From positions 26,350,001-26,414,000 of the forward strand of contig NC_135667.1 of the NCBI RefSeq assembly GCF_964188315.1: a stretch of DNA of 64,000 nucleotides. The letters run 5' to 3'. The notes beneath the pieces are model-generated. The model was not told the origin of the DNA, did not search any database, and saw only the letters and a program-made list of their open reading frames with translations. This stretch comes from Podarcis muralis (taxonomy: Eukaryota). The position numbers and the translations under genes are program-made. Below are positions 1-11,731 of this stretch, piece after piece (positions within the stretch are counted from its first letter, which is position 1; every line of letters starts with the position of its first letter).

Positions 1-255
1 TTAAAAAATTCTTCCCCATATGAACAAGACACAGAAGCTATAGGTATAATTTGGAATTTTTATTATAAGATCACTGCTAAATCCTATTGATTCCAATCAA
101 GTTAAACACTGCAGTATGTGCCTTTGAATCATTCCCTGATCAGCTAGGCAGTCCTTGAACAGAGTTCCACATATAATCTATATAAAGAGATTTTGTATAG
201 TCAAACAATCATATCCTAAATTACAGTAATCAGTTCTTTATGTTCTCTTTCCAGG

Positions 256-1209
256 ATGCAGAACAGAAAAGAATACATTCTACAAAACAGTACAACACCA
301 GCTCAATTCATCCTCCTGGGTCTTTCTGATGATCCCAACCTGCAAAGTGCATTATTCTCCACTTTCCTGGTACTCTATATCCTCACTCTGGCAGGAAACC
401 TTCTCATCATTCTTCTGACATTGGCTGACCCTGCCCTCCACACCCCCATGTATTTCTTCCTAAGAAACCTGTCTTTTCTGGAGATCTGCTACACATCAGT
501 CAATGTCCCTAAGATGCTGGCAAACCTCCTTTCTGGAAATAAATCCATCTCATTCATCGGATGTGCTCTGCAGACCTACTTTATATTCTTCCTTGGTGGG
601 TCAGAATGTTTCCTTTTGGCCGCAATGGCCTATGATCGATATGTTGCCATATGTAAGCCCTTACACTACCACGTCCTGATGAGCCAAAAGGTTTATACTA
701 CTTTAGCTGTGGCATCTTGGTTAAGTGGGTTTCTGATGTCCTTTGGTCACACCACCATGATGTTTACTCTCTCCTATTGTGGCTCCAATGTGATTAACCA
801 CTTCTTTTGTGACATCCCTCCTTTGCTGAAATTGGCTTGTGGGGACACCTCAAGGGTTGAAATTGCAGTCTTTGTGGCGACTATGATCTTTGGGACTTTG
901 CCTTTTATCCTGATCTTGATGTCTTATGCTGGCATTATAACCACCATTTTGAAGATCTCATCCTCTGAAGGTCGGAAGAAAACCTTTTCCACCTGCTCTT
1001 CACATCTCATTGTGGTGACCTTCTTCTATGGTTCTGCTTGTATTACATATTTGAAGCCCAATTCCACTTACTCACCAAACACTGACAAATTTCTCTCCCT
1101 TTTCTATACTGTTATCGGTCCCATTTTGAACCCCCTCATATACAGCTTGAGGAATAAAGAGGTAAAGGGTGCCTTTAAAAGAATTTGGGATAGAAGACCC
1201 TTTCGGTGA
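256..1209 (+). CDS. Olfactory receptor, class II, OR10-like; array copy 1 (317 aa, intact)
   Basis: Single-exon ORF with GN, LHTPMYFFLRNLS, MAYDRYVAIC, HFFCD, STCSSH and PLIYSLRN motifs; N-glycosylation site NST; ATG follows acceptor-like TTCCAG|G. Confidence 0.97.
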   Translation: MQNRKEYILQNSTTPAQFILLGLSDDPNLQSALFSTFLVLYILTLAGNLLIILLTLADPALHTPMYFFLRNLSFLEICYTSVNVPKMLANLLSGNKSISFIGCALQTYFIFFLGGSECFLLAAMAYDRYVAICKPLHYHVLMSQKVYTTLAVASWLSGFLMSFGHTTMMFTLSYCGSNVINHFFCDIPPLLKLACGDTSRVEIAVFVATMIFGTLPFILILMSYAGIITTILKISSSEGRKKTFSTCSSHLIVVTFFYGSACITYLKPNSTYSPNTDKFLSLFYTVIGPILNPLIYSLRNKEVKGAFKRIWDRRPFR

Positions 1210-1689
1210 TAAAAATGAACTGACATATTGTGGGAGTTCCAAAGTAGGTAGGGACTTGTACCTACTAATTTCTGAAAGCATTAGCTTGGATCCATAATTT
1301 TTTATTAGAACTGTGGTCCCCTTAAAATTAATGGGATTAAGTTAATTATGCTTTAATATATGACCCTTGATTTAAATGGGAATTTAATTCATCTAACCTT
1401 GCCTTTATCTACTTAACAGTTCAAACAGTGGGATAATTTATAGTAAACAAATTTGTGTGAGGAAAGATTGTGGTTCCCTCCTAGTGAAATCTCCAAAAAT
1501 CCCCCAAAAGATATCTCAGTGAGGGTTGAGGATTCCTAACTAAACAATTTGTGTTGGGGAATGGATTGAAAACTATTGGAGGAAGTGGGAATAATCCTCG
1601 ATTAAGCTTGGAACCTAATATAACTTAATATGAAGGTCATTCTCTGACACAAAATTTCCTGTCCCTTCGTCCAATACCATCGGAGCCCA

Positions 1690-1790
1690 AGGGTAAATCA
1701 CATGCTTTGTTTGCACAAGGTACCATGTTCAGTCCAGGGAAAGATTTTCTTCCTGAAATTCTGGGAAACTTCTGCCAAACTGCATTCAGA
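1690..1790 (+). mobile_element. Degenerate Squam2-type tRNA-derived SINE fragment (present in each unit)
   Basis: Resembles ...GTAGAGCATCTGCTTTGCATGCAGAAGGTCCCAGGTTC...GGGCTGGGAAAGA...GAAACCCTGG; best-preserved copy near 23175-23270. Confidence 0.55.
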
Positions 1791-2317
1791 GGTGGGGTTT
1801 ATTGCATGAGTTTTTCCGTTCTGATGCTAGTGCTTCGGTCCCAATTTCTAACATCCCTTTTGCACTTCAATAGCAGCTGCATTCCAGAATTGTGGGTTTT
1901 TTAAAAAACAACAACAAAAACAACTACTTGCTTCTCCACCATGCTGCATTAGATTTTAAATGGCAGGAAAGAATTATATGCAGGGATACTGCGCACATTT
2001 TGTCACATGAACTCACAATGCAATAAACCGCTCTCTTTGGACTTCTCCAAGAATGCTTCTGTTCCAGAGGTGTTTCCATTTGTCTGAATCAGCCAGTACA
2101 AAGAACCACAAACCCACCTTTTTTTCCTCATTAATTTCCAAAATTTGCAGAGTCTAAATGAGCATTGATTGGCATTCCCCTGGCTCCTGACTGCCTTGTG
2201 ATAGTCTGCACAATGCCAGATATCATGCAAGACCTACTTGGATCAAACCTCTTGGAAGTGAACTGTTGCCATATAGCCCATTGTCTCTCAACATCCCTCA
2301 TTATAACTTGACCATCA

Positions 2318-2668
2318 CAGACCCTCCATGTTTTCCTTTTTTTTACAAGGACAGTCCTGTACTTACAGAAACTGTCTCAGTTTCTGATTTCATCCCAGAA
2401 TGCCCCACTTTTCGTTAGAATGTCCCTGTTTTCACAGGAGAAATTTTGGAGGTATGGAGTTAGGCAACCCCCGAGCCAATTAGATAAGTAACTATAGAGT
2501 CCTTAGAATATATCTGAAGATATCTGTATAGGGAAGTTTTTAAACATTTTATTCAGTTTTTATATATGTTGGAAGCCACCCAGAGTGGCTGGGGCAACTC
2601 ACTCATATGGCCAGGGGATTTATAATGATAGCAGCAGCAGTGCAACAGGAGCAGCAACAACACTAAAG

Positions 2669-2715
<47 letters not shown>

Positions 2716-2783
2716 TTATTATTATAATAATAATAGAAGAAGAAGATGTCCCTCTTTTCATTGGAGAAATATTGGAGGGTCTG
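2318..2783. mobile_element. Non-autonomous DNA transposon (MITE) with 11 bp TIR and internal microsatellite; one copy per unit
   Basis: Starts CAGACCCTCCA (2318), ends TGGAGGGTCTG (2783). Equivalent copies approx. 8612-9693, 14098-14563, 18982-19402, 23793-24213. No clean TSD. Confidence 0.6.
2670..2745. repeat. (AAT)n / (AGA)n microsatellite inside the MITE
   Basis: Direct read; source of the spurious poly-I/poly-L ORFs. Confidence 0.95.
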
Positions 2784-2854
2784 CAATCAGTGCTGATACT
2801 TTGCACAGAATGAGACCCAAAGGCTGCAGTAAGTAGCTGCAGTAAGATAGGTAC

Positions 2855-2920
2855 TACAGGAGGTTGAACCAGTTGACCCTCAGGGTCCCTTCCAAGTCTA
2901 CGATTCTACGATACTATGAT
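2855..2920 (+). mobile_element. CR1-type LINE 3' end remnant (in each unit; a second remnant near 5610-5670)
   Basis: GGTTGAACCAGTTGACCCTCAGGGTCCCTTCCAAGTCTACGATTCTACGATACTATGA matches the CR1 terminal hairpin and (ATTCTATG)n tail. Confidence 0.8.
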
Positions 2921-3524
2921 AGGCAGGTATGGGATAACCTGTGGGTGGATTTTTAATTCTTTTATCTTGTTGAAGCAACTTTCTGTCTTCCATTTGCCCT
3001 CTTACTTCCTGCTTAGCTCTTAATAAACTTCATCAAAATAACTGCATGGATTATCGTGTGTATTGTTGCCAGACCCAAAGGGAATTTTTCACTTGTGTGT
3101 CTACAACATTTTGGAGTCATGCTACATGTGTTAAGATTAGAGTCTGCAATGAGGAGAAAGCTACATTGGGGTCAGAGAAGATCCAGGAAGGCTAGGTGCT
3201 CTCTGTGTCTCCCCTCCTCATTACCTGCCTTGGATCCTCTGAAATCACCCATTTGGGGGCAGAGCATGTTAAGCAGGTGGAGGGGAAGCTTACTTGCTAG
3301 TTCTGGCTTAGCTGCCCTACACCCAGACTGACCACGGTGGAAGGAAGGGAACAAAGGTTCTCCCCACTCCTTCCACTGTACCTTTTGCCAACTTTGTTTT
3401 GTATGCCAAATGGTGGTAACTACAACTCATATTGGTGAAACCAAGCCTGGTCTCAGTCATTCAGGACAATCACCCCTGTAGCCCTTTCAAAGACTTAGAA
3501 TTCCCAATGTAGAATATGTAAATA

Positions 3525-3600
3525 TGTCTGTCTGTCTATCTATGTATCTATATCTTTCTATCTATATCTATCTATATCTATCTATCTATCTATCATCTAT
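3525..3600. repeat. (TCTG)/(TCTA)n microsatellite
   Basis: Direct read; the equivalent site in units 2-5 is an N-run. Confidence 0.95.
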
Positions 3601-3604
3601 CACA

Positions 3605-3966
3605 AGGACACGGGTGGTGCTGTGGTCCAAACCACTGAGCCTCTTGGGCTTGCCGATCTGAAGGCTGGCGTTTCGAATCCCTGTGATGGGATGAGCTCCC
3701 CTTGCTCTGTCCCAGATGCTGCCAACCTAGCAGTTCGAAAACATACCAGTTTGAGTAGATAAATAGGTACTGCTAGTGCAGGAAGGTAAACTGCGTGCTC
3801 TGGTTTCCATCTTGGTGCCCCTTGCACTAGAAGCAGTTTAGTCATACTGGCCACATGACCCAGAAAGCTATCAGTAGACAAATGCCAGCAAGAAAGCGAA
3901 ATGAGCGCCACAACCCCATAGGCACCTTTGACTGGACTTAACCATCCAGGGGTCCATTACCTTTTA
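3605..3966 (+). mobile_element. Sauria SINE (Squam1, lacertid-type), unique to unit 1
   Basis: tRNA-like head GGACACGGGTGGTGCTGTGGTCCAAACCACTGAGCC...TTCGAATCC, core GCCAACCTAGCAGTTCGAAA and BovB-like tail GACTGGACTTAACC...TTACCTTTTA. Confidence 0.9.
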
Positions 3967-4109
3967 NNNNNNNNNNNNNNNNNNNNNNNNNNNNNNNNNN
4001 NNNNNNNNNNNNNNNNNNNNNNNNNNNNNNNNNNNNNNNNNNNNNNNNNNNNNNNNNNNNNNNNNNNNNNNNNNNNNNNNNNNNNNNNNNNNNNNNNNNN
4101 NNNNNNNNN

Positions 4110-4573
4110 AGAGCTGACAGAGACTGGGAATGAGAACAGACAAAGAGAGATAAGGACACTGGAATGTGACCTGGAATGTGAGAGGAAGGAGGGCAGCCTA
4201 GCGGCATGGCTTCAGAGAACAGAGAGCAGGCAGCAGATAGCAATGGTAACCTGATCCCTGAGCATAGTGAGCAAGGAAAGGAGAGCCAGAGCCGAGATAC
4301 ACAAAATAGCAGTCTGAGCTCAGAAATAGAGGGAGGGAGGCCAGGAATAGCCAGCCCAAAAACTCGAAGGTGCGAAAAGGTCAGTGAGAGGAGGGGGAAA
4401 GAGCGAAAGTGAAAGGGCGTTTTCCCCTGTTGGAGGAAGAGGAAGGGGCAGAGTTTAGACTCGGCAACTGTGAACTTGGAGTCAGACACGGAGTGAAGGA
4501 GCTCCGGAGTGATTTATGTATTTGAGCAATAATCCTGAGATAATTACTACCAGTATCTCGCTTCTGTGAGAGA
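4110..4573 (+). mobile_element. LTR-like fragment (probably Gypsy-type), unique to unit 1, bounded by N-runs
   Basis: Purine-rich sequence absent from sister units; acidic-then-basic reading frame like the solo LTR at 45462-46095; termini hidden by Ns. Confidence 0.4.
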
Positions 4574-5754
4574 NNNNNNNNNNNNNNNNNNNNNNNNNNN
4601 NNNNNNNNNNNNNNNNNNNNNNNNNNNNNNNNNNNNNNNNNNNNNNNNNNNNNNNNNNNNNNNNNNNNNNNNNNNNNNNNNNNNNNNNNNNNNNNNNNNN
4701 NNNNNNNNNNNNNNNNNNNNNNNNNNNNNNNNNNNNNNNNNNNNNNNNNNNNNNNNNNNNNNNNNNTTTCTTGGGAGAAAAAGGATGTTAGTGGTCCAGC
4801 TTGATAGTAAGGTCAGTTCGAGATGGCCTGTTTATTAAGCATTCATACTGATTTCTTTCTACAAAGTTTGTGGCAAGGTCAGGCATCTTCCACACTTATC
4901 CTTTCTCCACACTTTCCAGACAGGGTTGAAAGTTTAAAGCTTCATTTCTGAATGCTTCCACATTACCTTCCCCAGAGCTTCCTTGTGAAAATCCACTCTT
5001 CAGAGTTGAATTGGAGCAAATGTAACACCTCAGAAAACCCGAATTGACATTTGCCCTGATTCTGCCTGGAAGAGTGGGTTTTCATGGTGAAAGCTCTGGT
5101 GTAGGGGAAAAATTCCCACAAGGATGCAGAGATTTAAATCTCGGACCTGTGCCCAGAAAATGATGGGGAAAAGGTTAGTATAGATAAACCCTTAGACAAC
5201 ATCAGGTATTTACTGAGCATTGATTCTTGTTTGTTGGCAGAAGGTTATACAACTTGGTCAAGAAAGTGTTTTCCCATTATATTTGTTGGCCTCAGTCTGC
5301 CTCAGGAGATAATCAAACCACTGGCAGAATTGAAGGGCCCTCCTGGACACAAGCCTGAGCAGTGTGTATGGATGTTCTGGGCTGCTCACATGACAAGACC
5401 CCTTTTTCAACTTCACAGATGTGGTCGAGAGGAAAACAGCAATACATTTGGCACCAGCTTAACTGCAGGAGTTGTCCCAAAAGACAGCTTATGGGAGCCA
5501 CAGATAACAGCTGAGTGGAGGGTGGGGACCAAAGGGGAACAAACTACACAAGAAGAATCATGTGTGTACCAACAGAGGCACTACCTGTCCCAAACCCATA
5601 TGCCCCATGCAAGGGGTTGGACTAGATGACCCTTGGGTCCCTTCCAACTCTACAATTCTATAATTCTATGTCTGCACAGCCATATGCCCCATAGAACAAA
5701 GGATGAGGGGCTTTAAAGTTAATATAATAGAAATATCACATTGGATAACTGAAT

Positions 5755-5830
5755 AGCTACATTAAAGAATCTGCATGATCAGTGAATTATTCATTGTGAT
5801 CTGTCTTGGAGCACAGCTCCCAGAGGGAAG
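5755..5830 (+). promoter_or_regulatory. Candidate OR promoter module (homeodomain-like CATTA/TAATG cores plus O/E (EBF)-like TCCCAGAGGG), repeated in every unit
   Basis: CTACATTAA(T/A)...TGAATTATTCATTG...CTCCCAGAGGGA ~150-220 nt upstream of the donor; equivalent copies near 11520-11595, 16400-16475, 21205-21280, 27505-27575. Confidence 0.45.
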
Positions 5831-5972
5831 AATCTGGCATAATAAAACTTAGTGAAGAGGCAAATACACTAAAAACAGCCTAAGATCACTACCTTCTATA
5901 ACTGTGCCTGAGAAATCTCTAGTGCAGCTAGGGTGTCAGGACAGAGAGCTGGGTGTGACCTTCCAGGGTTCA

Positions 5973-6287
5973 GTAAGTACCAGATTGTTTTCTTTTGAAG
6001 CCTTTGACATGTTTCACTCTGAAGGAATACAATTTGTACATTCTTTCTCGTGAATGATACTAAATAATTTCTTGGACAAAGTTTATTTTTCAAGTTTAAT
6101 GCCTTTTAATGATGTTACTTAGGAACAATCCTACCAAAGGTTACACTTGCTATGTTTAATAAAGAAAATGATTATTATACAGCCTGGCAGTCATTGAACA
6201 GAGTCCATATATAATCTATATAAAAAGATTTTGTATAGTCAAACAATCATATCCTAAATTTATCAGTTATTTGTGTTCTTTTTCCAG
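5973..6287 (+). other. Predicted 5'-UTR intron of OR copy 2 (315 nt)
   Basis: Consensus donor TCA|GTAAGT at 5973 and pyrimidine-rich acceptor TTCTTTTTCCAG|G one base before the ATG; both conserved at the equivalent position in every unit. Confidence 0.75.
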
Positions 6288-6288
6288 G

Positions 6289-7242
6289 ATGAAGAACAGA
6301 AAAGAACACATTCTACAAAACAGTACAGCACCAGCTAAATTCATCCTCTTGGGTCTTTCTGATGATCCCAACCTGCAAAGTTCATTGTTCTCCGCTTTCC
6401 TGGTACTCTATATCATCACTCTGGCAGGAAACCTTCCCATCATTCTTCTGACGTTGGCTGACCCTGCCCTCCACACCCCCATGTATTTCTTCCTAAGAAA
6501 CCTGTCTTTTCTGGAGATCTGCTACACATCGGTGAATGTCCCTAAGATGCTGGCAAACCTCCTTTCTGGAAATAAATCCATCTCATTCATTGGATGTGCT
6601 CTGCAGACCTACTTTATATTCTTCCTTGGTGGGTCAGAATGTTTCCTCTTAGCCTCAATGGCCTATGATCGATATGTTGCCATTTGTAAGCCCTTACACT
6701 ACCACGTCCTGATGAGCCAAAAAGTTTCTATTACTTTAGCTGTGGCATCTTGGCTAAGTGGGTTTCTGATGTCCTTTGGACTCACCAGCATGGTGTTTAC
6801 TGTCTCCTATTGTGGCTCCAATGTGATCAACCACTTCTTTTGTGACATCCCTCCTTTACTGAAATTGGCTTGTGGGGACACCTCAGGGGTTGAGATTTCA
6901 GTCTTTGTGGCGACTATGATTTTTGTGACTTTTCCTTTTATCCTGATCTTAATGTCTTATGCTGGCATCATTATAACCATTTTGAAGATCTCGTCCTCTG
7001 AAAGTCAGAAGAAGACCTTCTCCACCTGCTCTTCACACCTCATTGTGGTGACCTTGTTCTATGGTTCTGCTTGTATTACTTATTTGAAGCCCAATTCCAC
7101 TTACTCACCAAACACTGGTAAATTTCTCTCCCTTTTCTATACTGTTATTGGTCCCATTTTGAACCCTCTCATATACAGCTTGAGGAATAAAGAGGTAAAA
7201 CATGCCTTTAAAAGATTCTGGGATAGAAAGCCTTTTGGGTGA
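6289..7242 (+). CDS. Olfactory receptor, OR10-like; array copy 2 (317 aa, intact ORF)
   Basis: 954 nt like the sister copies when started at the ATG after TTCCAG|G (6289); the ORF-track start at 6271 is intronic. All OR motifs present; L50P in TM1. Confidence 0.95.
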   Translation: MKNRKEHILQNSTAPAKFILLGLSDDPNLQSSLFSAFLVLYIITLAGNLPIILLTLADPALHTPMYFFLRNLSFLEICYTSVNVPKMLANLLSGNKSISFIGCALQTYFIFFLGGSECFLLASMAYDRYVAICKPLHYHVLMSQKVSITLAVASWLSGFLMSFGLTSMVFTVSYCGSNVINHFFCDIPPLLKLACGDTSGVEISVFVATMIFVTFPFILILMSYAGIIITILKISSSESQKKTFSTCSSHLIVVTLFYGSACITYLKPNSTYSPNTGKFLSLFYTVIGPILNPLIYSLRNKEVKHAFKRFWDRKPFG

Positions 7243-7615
7243 TAAAAATGAACTGACATAACTGTATTGTGGGTGTTCCAAAACAGGTAGGGACTTGTAC
7301 CTACGAATTTCTGAAAGCATTAGCTTGGATATGGAATGATTTAGTTGAACTCTAGTCCCCTTAAAATTAATGGGATTAAGTTATTTATGCTTTAATATAT
7401 GTCCCTTGATTTAAATTGGTATTTAATTCATATAGCCTTGCCTCTATCTACCTAACAACTCAAACAGTGGGATAATTTACAGTAGATAAATTTGTGTGAG
7501 GAAAGATTCTCATTCCCTTCTGGTGAAATCACCAGAAATCCCCCAAAAGATATCTCAGCGAGAGGTGAGGATTTCTCTTAAACAATTTGTGTTGGGGAAG
7601 GATGGAAAACTATTG

Positions 7616-7907
7616 GGGGATTTACGGACAATTTGAAAAGTAATAGTGAACAACAGACGACGTTTGTAGGGTTGCAAGAAATTTTGTGAGGAGTATTATT
7701 AGAAGTATTGTAAAAATGGACAAGGGGGAGGATGATTTGTTAAGAGATGTAAAGGCAATATAAAGTTAAGAAATGCATAAGAAGTGGTTAAAATGGTAAA
7801 TCATCACAGGTGCTGATGGAAGTCTAAAAAGATTGTATAAGTGATACATTTTGTGGTACACTTTGTAATTTATATGTTAAAATTAATAAAAAATATTATT
7901 AAAAAAA
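7616..7907 (+). mobile_element. 5'-truncated L1-type LINE (ORF2 end plus 3'UTR and A tail), unique to unit 2
   Basis: TSD GGAAAACTATTG at 7604-7615 and 7908-7919; AATAAA and A7 tail; FTDNLKSNSEQQTTFVGLQEIL* resembles an L1 ORF2 end; empty site in unit 3 (~13339). Confidence 0.8.
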
Positions 7908-9017
7908 GGAAAACTATTGAGGAAGTGGGAATCATCCTCGATTAAGCTTGGAACCTAATATAACAATACCTCCGTCAGAATGTTTCCTGTCCCTTCATCC
8001 ATTCCCATCGCAGCCCAAGGGTAGATCACATGCTTTGTATGCAAAAGGTCCCATGTTCAGTCCAGGCAGGGCTGAGAAGGAATTGTCCTAAAACTCTGGG
8101 GAACTTCTGCCAAGCTGCATTCAGATGTGGGGTTTATTGCATGTGTTTTTCCGGTTATGAAGCTAGTGATTCTGTCCCAATTTCTAACATCCCTTTTGCA
8201 CTTCAATAGCTGCTGTGTTCCAGAACTGTGGGTTTTTGTTTTTTTAAAAAAATGCTATTCTACCATGCTGCACTAGATTTTAAATGGCAGGAAAGAATTA
8301 TATGCAGGGATACTGCCCACATTTTGTCACATGAACTAAAATGCGATAATTTCCTCTCTTTGGACTTTCCTAGCATGCTTCTGTTCCAGAGGTGTTTTCA
8401 TTTGTCTGAATCAGCTAGTACAAAGAACCCCAAACCTGCATTAATTTCCAAAATTTGCATTGATTGGCATTCCCCTGGCTACTGACTGCCTTGTGATTGT
8501 CTGGGCAGTGCCAGATACCATGCAAAACCTACTTGGATAAAACCTTTTGGAAGTGAACTGTTGCCATATAGCCCATTGTCTCTCAACATCCCTCATATTA
8601 CTTGACCATCATAGACCCTCCACATTTCCCTTTTGTACAGGGATAGTCCAGGATTTACTGAAGCTGTCTCAGTTTCTGATTTGATCCCAGAATGTTCCAC
8701 TTTTCCTTAGGATGTCCCTATTTTCATTGGAGAAATGTTGGAGGGATGGAGTTAGGCCATCCCCGAGCCAATTAGATTAGTAACTATAGAGCCTTTAGAA
8801 GATATCTGAATGTTGTCCTGTATAGGGAATTTTAAAAACTTTTTATTCAGTTTTTATATATGTTGGAAGCCACCCAGAGTGGCTGGGGCAACCCAGTCAT
8901 ATGCGCAGGCGATTTATAATGATAGCAGCAGCAGCAACAACAACACTAATGATAATAATAATAATAAATAATAATAATAATAATAGAAGAAGATGTCCCT
9001 CTTTTCATTGGAGAAAT

Positions 9018-9675
9018 GGCAAATGGCAGAAAACCATGGCTAAAAAAGCCACCTCTATAGGTCTGTCACCCCCCCCCCAACTGTATTTCCTGGGTTATGA
9101 AGGCACCCACAAGATGTTAAAGCAAAGATTATGGGATAATGTACGTAGTGACTTGCGATCTCGATCAAACGCAGTCTGTAGTCCTCTGGCAGTAGGAGTA
9201 CAATATGGATATGTCTTTAAATTAACATCTTACATTAAAAACATGACAGTACCAAACTATCGAAGGCTTTTCACCAAAGCCAGACTAAATGTCTTTCCTT
9301 CTGCAGTGTTGGATGGCAGGTTGAGAGGAATTCCCTACCAGGACAGACTTTGCTCGTGTCCTCAAGACATTGATTCCATAAATCATATTCTGTTGCATTG
9401 TGCGAAGTATGAGCAGGCCAGGGCTGAACTGATACTACCCTTATTGGTACCTTTCCCGGGAAAATCAGAGGCTCACTATGTCAGGTTCCTATTGGAAGAC
9501 CGGACGATTGCTAGAACATTAGCAGTGGCAAAGTTTTTATCGGTGGTTGCAAGAACAAATGAACCCTATATTCTGAACAAAATGCTTGTTTAACCTGGAG
9601 GTAGGCTTTATGAATTATGTATTGCTTTGGAATTATTTGTTGGGTCTGTGGACCGTAATAAAGATTGATGATGAT
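9018..9675 (+). mobile_element. 5'-truncated non-LTR retrotransposon with C-terminal CCHC finger (RTE-X-like), unique to unit 2
   Basis: TSD GAAAT at 9013-9017 and 9676-9680; open frame to 9593 with RRLFTKARL...GR...RLCSC...HILLHC..Y...R; AATAAA then (GAT)n tail. Confidence 0.75.
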
Positions 9676-11731
9676 GAAATATTGGAGGGTCTGCAATCAA
9701 TGCTGCTACTTTGCACAGAATGAGACCCAAAGGCTGATTGTAAATAGCTGCAGTAAGATAGGTCCTGCAGGAGGTTGAACCAGTTGACCCTCAGGGTCCC
9801 TTCCAACTCTACGATTCTACGATACTATTATAGGAATGCATGGGATAACCTGTGGGTGGATTTTTTATTCTTTTATCTTGTTGAATTAACTTTCTATCTT
9901 CCATTTGCCCTCTTATTTGCCCTCTTACTTTCTGCTTAGCTCTTAATAAACTTTATCACAATAACTGTCTCGATTATCGTGTGTATTGCTGCCAGACCCA
10001 AAGGGAATTTTTCACTTATGTTTCTACAACATTTTAGAGTTATGCTACATGTGATGAGATTGGAGTCTGCCAAAGAGGAGAAAGCTAAATTGGGGTCAGA
10101 GAAGATCCAGGAAGGCTAGGTGCCCTCTGTGTCTCCCCTCCTCATTACCTGCCTTGGACCCTCTGAAATCACCCATTTGGGGGCAGAGCATGTTAAGGAG
10201 GTGGAGGGGGAGGAGATTACTTGCTAGTTCTGGCTTAACTGGCCTACACCCAGACTGACAGCGGTGGAAAGAAAGGGACAAAGATTCTCCCCACTCCTTC
10301 CACTGTACCTTTTACCACTGTACTTTGTATGGCACATGCTGCCAACTACAGCTTTTATTGGTGAAACCAAGCCTAGTCTTAGTCATTCATGAAAATCACC
10401 CCTGTAGCCCTTTCAANNNNNNNNNNNNNNNNNNNNNNNNNNNNNNNNNNNNNNNNNNNNNNNNNNNNNNNNNNNNNNNNNNNNNNNNNNNNNNNNNNNN
10501 NNNNNNNNNNNNNNNNNNNNNNNNNNNNNNNNNNNNNNNNNNNNNNNNNNNNNNNNNNNNNNNNNNNNNNNNNNNNNNNNNNNNNNNNNNNNNNNNNNNN
10601 NNNNNNNNNNNNNNNNNNGTTGGGGGGAAAAAGAATTTTACTGGTCCAACTTGCTACTAAAGTCAGTCCTAATCTACCTGTTTATTGAGTATTCATACAG
10701 ATTTCTTTGTACAGTTTGTCGCAAAGTTATGCATCATCCACACTTACCTTTTCTCCACACTTTCCAGACATTGTCTGCAATTTAAATCTTCTTTTCTGAA
10801 TGCTTCCACACCAACACCTCCAGAGCTTTCGCGTAAAAAAACTCTCTTTAAAGTTGAATTGGAGCAAATGTCAAACCTCAGAAAACCCGAATTGACATTT
10901 GCTCTGATTCTGCCTGGAAGAGTGGGTTTTGGGGTGGGGGTGGTGGGGAGAGACCAAGGACACAATCTCAGATTTGTGTTTGGAAAATGATGGGGAACTG
11001 AGCATTAATTCTTGTTTGTTTGCAGGAGGTTATACAATGTGATCAAGGAAGTGTTTTTGCAATACAGTATATTTCTTGGCATCAGTCTGTCTCAGAGGAC
11101 AATCAAACCACTGAATTGGCAGAAATGAATGGATATTCTGGCCTGCCCAGATGACAAGACCCCCTTCTCAACCTCACTGATGTAGTCGAGATGAAACAGC
11201 AATACATTTGGCACCAGCTGAACTGCAGGAGTTGTCCCAGAAGACAGCTTCTGGGAGCCACAGGTAACAGCTGAGTGGAGGGTGGGGACCAAAGGGGAAC
11301 AAACTACCCCAGAAGAATCATGTCTGTACCAACAGAGGTACTAGCCCTCCCCAAACACCGCATACACCCCATGCAGGGGGTTGGAGTTGATGACCCTTAC
11401 ATCATTTCCAACTCTACAATTCTATAATTCCATGTCTGCACAGCCATATGCCCCACACAACAAAGGATGAAGGGCTTTAAAGTTATTTTAAAAGAAATAT
11501 CACAGTGGATAACTGAATAGCTACATTAAAGAATCTGCCTGCTCAGTGAATTATTCATTGTGATCTGTCTTGGAGCACAGCTCCCAGAGGGAAGAATCTG
11601 GCAGAATAAAACATGGTGAAGAGGCAAATACACTGAAAGCAGTGTATACCTTCTATGACTGTGGCTGAGAAATCTCTAGTGCGACTAGGGCGTCGGGAAC
11701 AGAGAGCTGGGTGTGACCTTCTGGGGCTTCA

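Noticed and set aside
2553-2836. Poly-Leu / poly-Ile ORFs resembling membrane proteins
   Set aside because: Translations of an (AAT)n microsatellite.
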